DNA from: a virus
Lineage: Duplodnaviria > Caudoviricetes
Length of the DNA: 64,000 nt
Strand: one strand, 5' to 3'
IMG/VR virus record: IMGVR_UViG_3300044556_000077
Span: 32,001 to 96,000 of that record
Shown one piece after another: positions 41,501-50,431 of the stretch. Below the pieces are notes generated by a model. The model searched no databases, was not told the origin of the DNA, and saw nothing but the letters and a program-made list of their open reading frames with translations. Each line of letters begins with the position of its first letter. Within the stretch, counting starts at the first letter, position 1. The translations under genes and the position numbers were made by a program.

Positions 41501-42878
41501 GATTCCAGATGGTGCAAGTACATACATTGATATTAATACTGGTAATGTAATCTTTAATGGAAGTCTTCACGCATATAATGGCTACTTTTCTGGCACTGTA
41601 GCTCAGAATAAGACTTCTGTGGATGACGATTCTCATGCAGGATTCTATTTTGATGGTACTGGACAAGCCAATATGGGCGGTAATGCAAGCCATATTAAGA
41701 TCAAGAATGACGGCACTGTAGATATTAATTCTGATAATGTGAAGTTTGGTAATGTATTCAGCGTTAATAATACCGGGGCTAAGATTGCAGGATTCCATTT
41801 AACTGATGGCACTATGTACACTGGAAATAAAAGTTCTATTGATAGTGAAGAAAGCGGAATATATATGGATAGTAATGGCAATTTCGCTATTGGCAATGGA
41901 AGTAGGGGTATTACTATTAAAGATGGCGCAATGACGTTTAATGGAGATATTAGTGAAGATGATTTAACTGCAGGACTGGCTCAAAAGATTAACGAAGGTG
42001 CGAGTGCTAAAGAAATTGCTGAGGCTGCACAAATATCTGCTGCAAATGCACAATATTTTTATAACCAATGGGTTGAATCTGGTACTACATATATTGATGG
42101 AAGTAAAATTGCAGCAGGAACTATTACGGCTACACAATTAAGTGCGGTACAATTTAATACTTTAACAGATGGAATAACAAAGTTACAAATATCTGGTGGT
42201 AATGTTAATTTCTATTTTAGTTCAGATAATATATGTACCGGCTCAATTGGGTCGGCGGCAGAATTGTTGCATATTCAATCTAGTTATGGAGTGCTTATTC
42301 AAAGTGGTACACAAAGTATTTCAGTAGGACACAATGGAATTACAATGAATGGGGATTTTATTGCAACTCTTCCTATCAGTTCGTTAGATGTTACAAAACA
42401 TTATGCAGGTTCTGGAAATATTATTTTTGGAAGTGATGACCAAGGTAAAAATGCAGCTGTAACTGGTTGGGTAGATGATCATTATGTAAAAAAGTCAGAT
42501 AGAAGAGTAAAAGATAATATAAAAACATTAGATGAAAATACTATAATAGATATCTATAATAAAATTAACCCAGTAAGTTTTAATTATAAAAACATTAAAG
42601 ATCCCGATACGTTTTATACTCAAGGTACTCAGTTCGGCTTTATTGCTCAAGAAATAGAAAGTATCATTAAACCAATATTTAATGATAATAGTGTTGTTAT
42701 TACTAAAACAGAATACCTAGGAGAAACAGAACGTAAACTTTGTCCAGACGGATTGAAAAAAATTAATTATGAAGAATTCCATGCTTTTCATGTAGTTTAT
42801 GGGCATTATCTTAACAAACGTATTAATCAATTAGAAGCTAAACTATCTGAATTGGAGAATAAAATAATTAAAGAATAA
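38553..42878 (+). CDS. tail tip/hub protein with C-terminal intramolecular chaperone (peptidase S74-like) domain
   Basis: Follows Dit; beta-rich C-terminal half; SDRRVKDNI...GFIAQE plus terminal coiled coil. Confidence 0.85.
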   Translation: MNLLSKYSGEVTPYTVILCNRNHINLGLIQNPSELTVKINMNAADEITFTLYEESEPLWDKIEDFKYVLIPEIDYLNPNGEYFEIAVSYSVEDGGKKTITGVSAGECELGQINLYGVEINTETDIDRADYKVAKFWDEKTENQPNTLLYRVLKEVPNWSVGHVDASIAQLQRTFSIDGISIYDFLTQQAAQEFNCLFQFDSYDRVINVYDLYTVCTHKNSDGTSCGERGDFYQVCPKCGTDDELHYYGKDTTVYVDSENLSDNAGLEIDKDSVKNCFHLVAGDDNMTAAVLNCSPSNSSYIYYFSDEQKEDMSKELRDALDKYESDLKAVQPTYADMMEKYYDAIDKESYYENTMMPTLTPDLPTTTDEYEKSKLYADKLTNYNLSPIALDYISPDTSQATVENSIEEYAKVYVPTAYYEVEVARIADWNHVKNVSLPTYMVDPTYSYDEASNTGTWTGVLVVKNYNDETKPAFSQVLTISFSSANQEQFIRQKIEKMLTAYDYYQRDDYRANKDDRYMFNVLKLTDINKYKESIKLYCMTLLKDFRTSIEGCLDMLSEFSIGDGSDETDQQPEFQKLYNTYYQMREATEAEMNERQKQIDEQNALINKYQAENKEYIEKYDLKKYLTGDLYNEFCAFRREDEYNNTNYISDSLDTAKELFKRANEFYKEATKELKKASNYKYNITTDLANLLAIKEFEPLATGFDLGDWIRIRVDKDIFRLRFISYTVNFSQLDKIQVEFSDATKARIDDPYYSIKNVLDQARSMATSYSAVTRQVKNNSDKTTVIDNWVENGFDATKTKIVDNATNQGITIDQHGVLARRWSDINKKFDNKQLKLINNGIYITDDNWKTIKTALGNYYYQDPVTAKQTETYGLMADTIVGKFILGNKLSVQALGKDPITGDQNFVTFNVDSDGVQLNNSSFSLTADKKNALGHRNKIVLDPKFGLLMGDDRILDYSNGKYTIKSDYVNEDGTLKYNVSSGQIPDGASTYIDINTGNVIFNGSLHAYNGYFSGTVAQNKTSVDDDSHAGFYFDGTGQANMGGNASHIKIKNDGTVDINSDNVKFGNVFSVNNTGAKIAGFHLTDGTMYTGNKSSIDSEESGIYMDSNGNFAIGNGSRGITIKDGAMTFNGDISEDDLTAGLAQKINEGASAKEIAEAAQISAANAQYFYNQWVESGTTYIDGSKIAAGTITATQLSAVQFNTLTDGITKLQISGGNVNFYFSSDNICTGSIGSAAELLHIQSSYGVLIQSGTQSISVGHNGITMNGDFIATLPISSLDVTKHYAGSGNIIFGSDDQGKNAAVTGWVDDHYVKKSDRRVKDNIKTLDENTIIDIYNKINPVSFNYKNIKDPDTFYTQGTQFGFIAQEIESIIKPIFNDNSVVITKTEYLGETERKLCPDGLKKINYEEFHAFHVVYGHYLNKRINQLEAKLSELENKIIKE

Positions 42879-42894
42879 TAGATATATTTTGCGT

Positions 42895-42940
42895 AAAAGA
42901 AAAGAAGCCCTCGTAACAAACAATCACAAAGGCTTCTTCT
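42895..42940. terminator. bidirectional terminator at the end of the late operon
   Basis: aagaagcc...ggcttctt stem, A-rich upstream. Confidence 0.55.
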
Positions 42941-43137
42941 CCGCTTTATTAAATATTACCATACATGCATTAAATGATTTATCTACTTCAACGTATAAAT
43001 AAACAACATATATGACCATATCTAATAAAACTTAATATACATTTTTCACTCATATCCATTGATGTACCGAAAGGAAAAAGGTACAAAAATGAAAGCAACT
43101 ATAATATACTATAACTATTTAAAATTGTCAAGAGCAA

Positions 43138-43545
43138 TCAAACGATTGCTCTTTTTTTTACGCTTTTACGATTGAATGTTTTCATCATTCCCCAATAAGC
43201 CATTCCACCACAAAGATAAGCAATTACATCTTTCCAATCTCCGTAGCTGTCAGGTCTAAAGAATGGTGTTATATACTCCCAAAAGATTGCGCAAATGAAA
43301 ATAAATAACATGCATACCCTAAACTTTTCTATCCTCTTTTTGATGAGCAATGAGTACACTGCCAGAAAAAAGATGCCACACAGAAAATCATTCAAATGGA
43401 ATGCTACGAATCCACCCACCAGAGTTTTATAGTTAATAATCTGCCTTATATAGAACCGATTAAGCGAGTAAATAACAAGCACTGTAAGAGAGATCAATGT
43501 ATTAATTTTAATGTCTCTCGCAGTATATAATCCTTTATTTTTCAT
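43138..43545 (-). CDS. integral membrane protein (VanZ/DUF2809-like)
   Basis: Four TM helices; HLND, WEY..P, D..D..AY..G. Confidence 0.6.
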   Translation of the reverse strand: MKNKGLYTARDIKINTLISLTVLVIYSLNRFYIRQIINYKTLVGGFVAFHLNDFLCGIFFLAVYSLLIKKRIEKFRVCMLFIFICAIFWEYITPFFRPDSYGDWKDVIAYLCGGMAYWGMMKTFNRKSVKKRAIV

Positions 43546-43598
43546 TTGAATATCCTCTAAGAGTTGCAATGTAATAAATAAACATATATAATAATTAT

Positions 43599-43693
43599 AT
43601 TCGTCAGGGGGAGTTGCCCGCAGGTCGTATGGCGGTCAACCCCAGAAATTTGGTGTTGAAGCCACTAACAAATTGCTAGTGGCTTCTTTTTTT
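43599..43693 (+). ncRNA. putative small RNA with its own promoter and terminator
   Basis: TTGCAA-17-TATAAT (43564-43592); GC-rich hairpin; terminator gaagccacta/tagtggcttc-T7; no ORF. Confidence 0.55.
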
Positions 43694-43702
43694 CTTTTAA
43701 GC

Positions 43703-43915
43703 CTATCCTTCTATTCCAAGAATAACCATACAAACAATAAACGCTACAACAGCCCAGACAAAATCACTGTGCTTCTGTTGATATGGAGTTTTGTGTCCAC
43801 ATTTAGGACACTTGTTTGCTGTTATTGGATAAAGCTGACCGCAGCATTCACATTTAATCTTATCTACATCACTATGGTCATCTTCAATTACATGTCCGTG
43901 TTCATCATAAATCAT
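43703..43915 (-). CDS. zinc-ribbon membrane protein
   Basis: CECCG...CPKCG plus C-terminal TM helix; AAAGGA RBS. Confidence 0.65.
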   Translation of the reverse strand: MIYDEHGHVIEDDHSDVDKIKCECCGQLYPITANKCPKCGHKTPYQQKHSDFVWAVVAFIVCMVILGIEG

Positions 43916-43997
43916 AATAATCCTTTCTTTCTAATTTACATGAATTATAATTCTTTTTAGTAAAACATCTGCATTGAAATTATATCATACAAAATAT

Positions 43998-45224
43998 TTA
44001 AATTGTTAAATAGTCTGGATAAGGCTTAAACTTTCTAACTCCTTTCTCGTACTTAAAAGCCTCTGCTATATGCACGTATGTGTTAGCTGTAACTTGTATA
44101 CCTGAGTGACCGAGTAAATATGAGATCGTTTTAATGTCTACTCCCTGTGCGAACAATGCAGTTGCGTATGTGTGTCTTAATATATGTATTCCATGCTTAT
44201 CTTTAGGCAGCTTGGCAGCTTGCATCAATTTATCACATGCTCTGCGCACGTTATATGTCCATAGGAGTGTGTTATTTTGACTTTTGAAAATCAGGTCGGT
44301 ATCAGAATTATCTTCTCTTAAATGCTTCTCTATGACGTTTGAGACATTATCATTTACAGGGATAATCCTGTAACTGCTTTTCGTCTTAGGCATCTCTTGT
44401 ATCTGCATATGTTGTACTCCGATCTTCTGCTTTCTCACATCTACCCGTGATACAGGTAGAGCATTTCTTCTGATATATAGCATCTGAGTTTGAGGGTTGT
44501 AATCTCTTTTCTCTAGTGCTATTCCTTCGCCTACACGCAAGCCTGTGTTGAGCAGTACATAAAGCAGATCCGCATATGTAGATCCATTTCTTTGACAGGC
44601 GTTGCAGAATTTCACAACTTCTTTATCAGTGAGCCAGTTAACTTCTTTCTGTGCTTCTGTAGGCAGATGGATATAATCTATTATGTTTGGTCTGTAGTAG
44701 AGTTTGTTTTTTATTAGGTAATACTGATAGAAACTCTTTAGTGCTGATTTCACTTTCTTCATCGAAGAATATGACAGTCCTTGTTTTCGCATTTCATTAA
44801 TCAGCTCATTGTCAATAATCTCTACTGTTAGCTCTGAGACAGCCAAATTTCCGATATGAGGTACGATTTGATTGTGTATGGTATGATAGAGCCTTTTAAA
44901 ACTTTCAGGCTTTAAATCGTGCTTTTTAATGGTTTCTAACCATTTGTACATCTCATCGGCTAAAGTTGCTTTCGTTGCCACAACAGCCTTACTCTCCGGG
45001 AAGTCAGATGGAGTTACTTTATTAGCTTCTATTACTTTGTCTTTGAATAAGTTTAATTTCTCTTCTACAGATGCTTTATCCTTACCAGAGAACTGTTTAC
45101 GTACTCTTCTACCGTTGCGAGTAATCATGATAGAAGCATGCCATTTACCATCGTTCCCCAGATAAATAGATCCTTGATGGTTGGTGTTTTTTTGATGTTT
45201 TTTTGCTTGTTGTTTAGTCTTCAT
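43998..45224 (-). CDS. int: tyrosine integrase
   Basis: N-terminal arm-binding domain (GSIY...GKW.A); TGLRVGE, K, HILRHT, LGH, Y catalytic residues. Confidence 0.95.
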   Translation of the reverse strand: MKTKQQAKKHQKNTNHQGSIYLGNDGKWHASIMITRNGRRVRKQFSGKDKASVEEKLNLFKDKVIEANKVTPSDFPESKAVVATKATLADEMYKWLETIKKHDLKPESFKRLYHTIHNQIVPHIGNLAVSELTVEIIDNELINEMRKQGLSYSSMKKVKSALKSFYQYYLIKNKLYYRPNIIDYIHLPTEAQKEVNWLTDKEVVKFCNACQRNGSTYADLLYVLLNTGLRVGEGIALEKRDYNPQTQMLYIRRNALPVSRVDVRKQKIGVQHMQIQEMPKTKSSYRIIPVNDNVSNVIEKHLREDNSDTDLIFKSQNNTLLWTYNVRRACDKLMQAAKLPKDKHGIHILRHTYATALFAQGVDIKTISYLLGHSGIQVTANTYVHIAEAFKYEKGVRKFKPYPDYLTI

Positions 45225-45473
45225 TACTTATTCCCCCTGTCAGATAATTGATTGCACGAAATTGATAGAAGTAAATAAGAAGTAAATAAGAAGTAAATTA
45301 AACACATCTAATTTACTTCTCAGAAGAAGGATAATTACCTATTTTTTCCTCTCCAGAATCAATTGTACAAAACTAGTAGAAGTAAATAAGAAGTAAATTA
45401 GCGTTTATGGGAAGAAGTAAATAAGAAGTAAACTTGCGATGAATAATACTGCATAAATAAGATTTCTAACATG

Positions 45474-45530
45474 AAAAAAGCGTGTGCTTTCAACACTCAC
45501 AATCTCTGAAAGTATTGAAAACACACGCTT
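45474..45530 (-). terminator. terminator downstream of tRNA-Phe
   Basis: aagcgtgtg.tttcaa...ttgaaa.cacacgctt stem with U6 on the minus strand. Confidence 0.7.
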
Positions 45531-45539
45531 GGATTAAAA

Positions 45540-45612
<73 letters not shown>

Positions 45613-45822
45613 ATTATGTGTGTTTCCAATACCTGTAGATGCGAGAATCTATATTCATGCAGGAAATCTTATAAATGAAGTAAATTCAGAAGTAAATTAA
45701 TTTACTTCTCTATCATCTCTTCCAAAACTTATTTACTTCTTTTTCACTCTTCTCTCTAATCATATTTACCATACAATTAGTCTTTCTTCTAATTACCTCA
45801 GAGGTCTTTATCCCCTAGTCAC

Positions 45823-45851
45823 TTTATACTACAGGTTCAGGAATAAGTCAA
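45823..45851 (-). promoter_or_regulatory. sigma70-type promoter facing tRNA-Phe
   Basis: TTGACT-17-TATAAA. Confidence 0.55.
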
Positions 45852-45915
45852 TGCTCTCAGCTCAATTAATATGTCTAAAACACGAATTTATTTTACGCCT
45901 AACAAAACTAAAGAT

Positions 45916-46293
45916 TTAGGCGTGTTTCTTTCTCTTAGGCGTATTACTACTACGTCTGTTCTTTCCTTTTGTTCTTACTCTTCCATTCAGATTAGATGTC
46001 CTGCCATTAATAACAGACTGAATAATGAAGTATGCTCTGTTCTCTCCCGCCAGTCTATGCTCTTCATTAATGTTTACACATTTTCTAATCTTATTATCGT
46101 TCTCAATTCTCTTAGCCTGACAGATTTCATTTATCCTTCTCAATCTACGTTCACAATAGTATCTGTCTTTAAACTTCACATGGATGCAGTAATTAAACAT
46201 CATAACACTGCCATATGCGACTCCAAGAAAAAACATAACAGCTAACCACAAACCAAACATTTTATTCTCCCTATTCATTATCTTCATTATCAT
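45916..46293 (-). CDS. hypothetical membrane-anchored protein (start probably 46260)
   Basis: N-terminal TM helix; GGGAG RBS before MFGLW. Confidence 0.5.
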   Translation of the reverse strand: MIMKIMNRENKMFGLWLAVMFFLGVAYGSVMMFNYCIHVKFKDRYYCERRLRRINEICQAKRIENDNKIRKCVNINEEHRLAGENRAYFIIQSVINGRTSNLNGRVRTKGKNRRSSNTPKRKKHA

Positions 46294-46465
46294 TTAAATT
46301 TTCATCTGTGTCATGGAATTCATATAAATACCCAAATTCAGAAGCGGATTCATACATTTCATCCTTTACCTGTTCTACTGGTTTATCTTCATTTATTTTA
46401 ATCCAGCTCTCATCTAAGAAGTAAATCCTGCGGAGCTGCATAGCCACAACCCCACAGGTTCTCAT
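46271..46465 (-). pseudogene. truncated paralog of the 47612-47962 C-terminus
   Basis: SWIKI...KPVEQVK.E...S..EFG..YEF shared. Confidence 0.55.
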
Positions 46466-46479
46466 TGTAATCTATATTC

Positions 46480-47433
46480 TTACCAAACAACTTTAGGATC
46501 ATTGATCGGATAGTCTTGCGTATCAATAGGATATTTCTTTTGGAAGTCCTGAGTGAATAACTTAGGATCTGGCTTATGATATCCAGTATAAGCAAAGTTA
46601 TCACTACCTCTAAGGAAGTAATAGTAGCCAACACGATTACCACCACAGTCATCCCAACATGAATCAACCCAATACCACTTTCCATCAAGCTTAACAAGAT
46701 TGTAGGCGTGACCTACATTGTTGTATTCCGCTGACGGAATTAATCTACATGGGATACCCATATCTCTACACATCTGATAAAATGTCCCTGCGTAGCCAAT
46801 GCATACAATTTGCTTGTTTAAGAAAGCAGACCATACATAATACTGTCCATAATGTGGAAGATCATAATCAGCGTATTCGGTATTTAAAATAATATAGTCA
46901 TGAATGGCTAATACTAGATGAGCTTGATCGGCGTTAGGATTCTCCTTTTTAATTTTTTCCTCGGCTAATTTCATCATCTTATCAGCTTTTTTTGCTCTCA
47001 TAGCTTCACCTTTGTCATCTGGAGTAAGTGTGCCATAAAACCAATATTGTTTACCAATCTTCCGTTTATGTTCATTGAAGTCTCCATAATAGACCCTACT
47101 TCCAATAAAGTACTGATAGTAGTCTCCTCTTTTAGAAGTTCCATTATCATACTCCATTTGTTTCCAGATTCTTTCAGCAAGCCTACTTACACTTGTTTTC
47201 TTACTCATTTTTAATCTGAAATTCACTGTTTGTGTATTAATAGCAGCCTGTCTTAAACTAGTTACAGCATCGGAGAAGTTCTTGTAAGTTACTACTTTTA
47301 CTGCTTTCTTGTGTGTCTTTTTTGCTTTTGCATAGCATGTAACGTCATCGTTGAACAGCAAAGAAGAAAGAATTAACACTACAATTAATACAATAGCAAA
47401 AGGTATACGAACCCAATTCCTTTTATTACTCAT
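46480..47433 (-). CDS. secreted transglutaminase-like protein
   Basis: Signal peptide; AIHDYI, VC.GYA, HAYNLVKLDGKWYWVD (Cys-His-Asp). Confidence 0.85.
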   Translation of the reverse strand: MSNKRNWVRIPFAIVLIVVLILSSLLFNDDVTCYAKAKKTHKKAVKVVTYKNFSDAVTSLRQAAINTQTVNFRLKMSKKTSVSRLAERIWKQMEYDNGTSKRGDYYQYFIGSRVYYGDFNEHKRKIGKQYWFYGTLTPDDKGEAMRAKKADKMMKLAEEKIKKENPNADQAHLVLAIHDYIILNTEYADYDLPHYGQYYVWSAFLNKQIVCIGYAGTFYQMCRDMGIPCRLIPSAEYNNVGHAYNLVKLDGKWYWVDSCWDDCGGNRVGYYYFLRGSDNFAYTGYHKPDPKLFTQDFQKKYPIDTQDYPINDPKVVW

Positions 47434-47611
47434 ATAATCACCTTTGTCTTAACGTCTAATTAGCATCACCTCTCTCCTTGTAATCCTACGATTATCCTTG
47501 TATGCCGTGTTAATCCTTGTGATCATATATGAGTTACCTTAATGGCTATGGTGGTAACTCATGAATAACTAATGTATTAGACATATTCATTTTTCTCTCC
47601 TCTCTTATTTT

Positions 47612-47962
47612 TTATACTTCTTTCCATTCATCAAGCTTGTCATTATCACTATTAAATTCATATTTAAATCCAAATTCTTCTTTTGAGTTCCATGCCTCAT
47701 TTTTCACCTGCTCTACAGGTTTATTGGAATCAATCTTTATCCATGAAGCATCTTCAATAAAAGAGTTTGTAATATAAACCATATAATCTTTAGCTCTACG
47801 AAATCCAATTTCATTATTAGGAAAAACAACACTATGTTTCTCTCCATCTGTAGTTGTAAATACAATCTCAGAAGGATTTTCGTTAAGCCTATATTCTGTC
47901 ACATTGTTAAAATTAAGGATAAAATGTATTGACATGGCTTCATTACAACAATATATCAGCAT
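47612..47962 (-). CDS. hypothetical protein
   Basis: 116 aa, coupled to the upstream ORF. Confidence 0.6.
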   Translation of the reverse strand: MLIYCCNEAMSIHFILNFNNVTEYRLNENPSEIVFTTTDGEKHSVVFPNNEIGFRRAKDYMVYITNSFIEDASWIKIDSNKPVEQVKNEAWNSKEEFGFKYEFNSDNDKLDEWKEV

Positions 47963-48863
47963 TAATCTTCACCAACTTCTTTAGATAAATAAGCTTCAAT
48001 GGCTTCCTCACAAGTTACCCTTTTATTTTTAATAGACAGTCTCTCGCATTCATAAAAAGCAGCACATTTGTATTTTGTCCTGCAGTCAAACATTTTCCCA
48101 GACAAAGCCTTAAGAAGATTATCTTTATTTGAAACCAATTCTTCCATCCTAGTCATTATAAAGTTCCTTTCTCTGCTGCAACCATGCAACTATATTTTTA
48201 AAGCAATTCTCTACAGAATCACATTCATTATCATCCCAAACAGGGCAACATATCTCTCCTTCGCAACAGGTATCTGGCTCAAGTAAAGATGCCAGTTTAT
48301 ATTCATTCTGTGTATAGTACTCAAAATTAGTCATTATATAGCTCCTTGTTGGTTATTGTTCTTTATTTCATATTAATCATACTGAATCGCATAGAATAAC
48401 TGCTCTCTTACGATATCTAATGCTATACAAATTCCTTTATCAAATTCATTGTCGTTGCACAATTCCTTACGGAGTAAATCTTTCATCAGTTTCAATGCAG
48501 CAATATACCCATCTCTTTTACCACATTTATATGCAGCTTTATTATTTTCGTTCATGTTTATTTCCTCTTGCACTCTTACGAATGATAAACTAAATAATAA
48601 TGTTTACCATTATATTCTACATGTTCATATCCTATACAATAACTATTCATTCTCACAACAAGCCAAACTGCATCTTTAACAGGCTCTTCGAAATCTCCAC
48701 AGTCCTCATCAAATTCCATCTTTGTTAGAGGAACATCAGAACAGAATCCAACATCCCAATCATCCAGATTAAAATGATCCCATAAATCATCTTCTGATAG
48801 TCCTGTAAGTTTGCTCAAATCTTTTCTGGTACTGAACATCTTTAATTCAATCATAGGCTTCAC
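47962..48863 (-). CDS. run of four small hypothetical genes (47962-48189, 48149-48334, 48373-48573, 48576-48863); two are Cys-rich
   Basis: Tightly packed minus-strand ORFs with RBSs. Confidence 0.55.
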
Positions 48864-48966
48864 CTCATTTAACCAATATGCTTTTCAATAATATCAATAA
48901 TCCTGTCTAATTCATTAATATATTTAAACATGTCTTCTTTTTCTTTCTGCAAATCATTAATAATAC

Positions 48967-49563
48967 CTAATGAGGGTTTGTGTTTAACTTCATACCGTGG
49001 CAACGAATTTTGTTCTTTTTAGAATCGTCATTATAACCATATCTCATAGTATTAGCATCAGTTTCAAATTCATCTGGTGTAATTCGTTTAAATCCACCGA
49101 ACAAAGAACCACTTTTCCCATTAGACAAAATACAAGCCAAACCATTGATAAATGCTGTGTTGTTTTGTGCATTCTGTATTTCTACACTATTTACAAACAT
49201 CTGTGCAACTTTCAGCATGTCACGCCCTTCAGCAGTCTCGCATTCTTTTACTGCTTTATTAAAGTTATCAATATAGTCTTTTACTTTGTCTAAAGTCTTC
49301 TGAGCTTTATCCTCAACATTCTTATTGATTTCTTCTTTCTTAATAAGTTCCTGCGTTTTATCTTCAATTTCCTGTTTGATCTCATTAAGTCTTTTCTCTG
49401 CTTTATCAATTTCCTTTTCAGTATCAAACAGCTTTAACAGATCTGGATTTTTAGAACAAATCGCATATGTAACTTTTGCAGCTCTACTATTTGCCTGTGA
49501 ATGATTCAACCCATTGTTCATCAATGTTTCTTTTACCACTTCCCAGTTTTTATTCAGTTCCAT
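48967..49563 (-). CDS. coiled-coil hypothetical protein
   Basis: AGGAG RBS, 198 aa. Confidence 0.6.
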   Translation of the reverse strand: MELNKNWEVVKETLMNNGLNHSQANSRAAKVTYAICSKNPDLLKLFDTEKEIDKAEKRLNEIKQEIEDKTQELIKKEEINKNVEDKAQKTLDKVKDYIDNFNKAVKECETAEGRDMLKVAQMFVNSVEIQNAQNNTAFINGLACILSNGKSGSLFGGFKRITPDEFETDANTMRYGYNDDSKKNKIRCHGMKLNTNPH

Positions 49564-49595
49564 TTTTTACTCCTATCTATTTAACTTTATAACTC

Positions 49596-50114
49596 TTACT
49601 CCTCGTTTGGAAGCTCTGGTAATGGCATCCATGCTATTATTCTGCTTGTAGTAAATTTGCTATGCACTGTGGTTTCAAGCACAATCGGTCTTTTTTCGCC
49701 CACGCTGTCGCAAATTTCAAAAACAGGATAACCGCTATTTCCGTCCTTACTTATCATTCTGCCGTAGATAACTCGACCATAACAGGACAGTAGAACGTGC
49801 TGTTTTATTTCTGGCAGTCTCTCACTACATGGAATCCACCTTGGCTCTGGCTGTGCGTATGGCAACACAGATAATTTACTCACGGCAAAATCAATTCCGT
49901 CATTGTATCCGATGTCGTACTCGGTGCACCATCCCTCGTCAACCTTTGCACCGTCGAATGCATCAATCGCCGCCTGTCTGCTAATCAAATCATCCATCAT
50001 GTTCTCCTTTCCATGCTTCTGGTATTTGTCATGCAGCATCCAATCTGGTATTTCTGCATTACGTTTGTTTACTTCATCCATTCCTCTGTACCGATTAATA
50101 CTTAAATCAAACAT
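49596..50114 (-). CDS. DUF551-domain protein (internal start at 50000 likely)
   Basis: DLISRQAAID, WIPCSERLP, AWMPLPE. Confidence 0.75.
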   Translation of the reverse strand: MFDLSINRYRGMDEVNKRNAEIPDWMLHDKYQKHGKENMMDDLISRQAAIDAFDGAKVDEGWCTEYDIGYNDGIDFAVSKLSVLPYAQPEPRWIPCSERLPEIKQHVLLSCYGRVIYGRMISKDGNSGYPVFEICDSVGEKRPIVLETTVHSKFTTSRIIAWMPLPELPNEE

Positions 50115-50116
50115 TT

Positions 50117-50431
50117 TTATTTCTCCTTTGGCATATTAGGCAATGGCATCCAATACTTCACTGTATCTGGAAATCCTTGTTCATCAAGCCACTCTTCCGA
50201 TATAAGAACCCAGTGACAAAACTCTACAAATAATCCTGTAAAAACAAGATATTTACCCGATGTCTTAGGAAGTTTATCTTCTACACTTATCCACCGTCCA
50301 AATGGCAGGGCAGTTGGCATATTATCAATCAAATTATATAAATTACCAAACGTAATGAAGTAGGCTCTAAGATTTGCATATTCTTTATTGGCTAATTTAC
50401 TAATAAGTGCATCCACATCAATCAATCTCAT
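50117..50431 (-). CDS. DUF551-domain protein
   Basis: MRLID.D, WISVEDKLP, YWMPLP. Confidence 0.8.
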   Translation of the reverse strand: MRLIDVDALISKLANKEYANLRAYFITFGNLYNLIDNMPTALPFGRWISVEDKLPKTSGKYLVFTGLFVEFCHWVLISEEWLDEQGFPDTVKYWMPLPNMPKEK

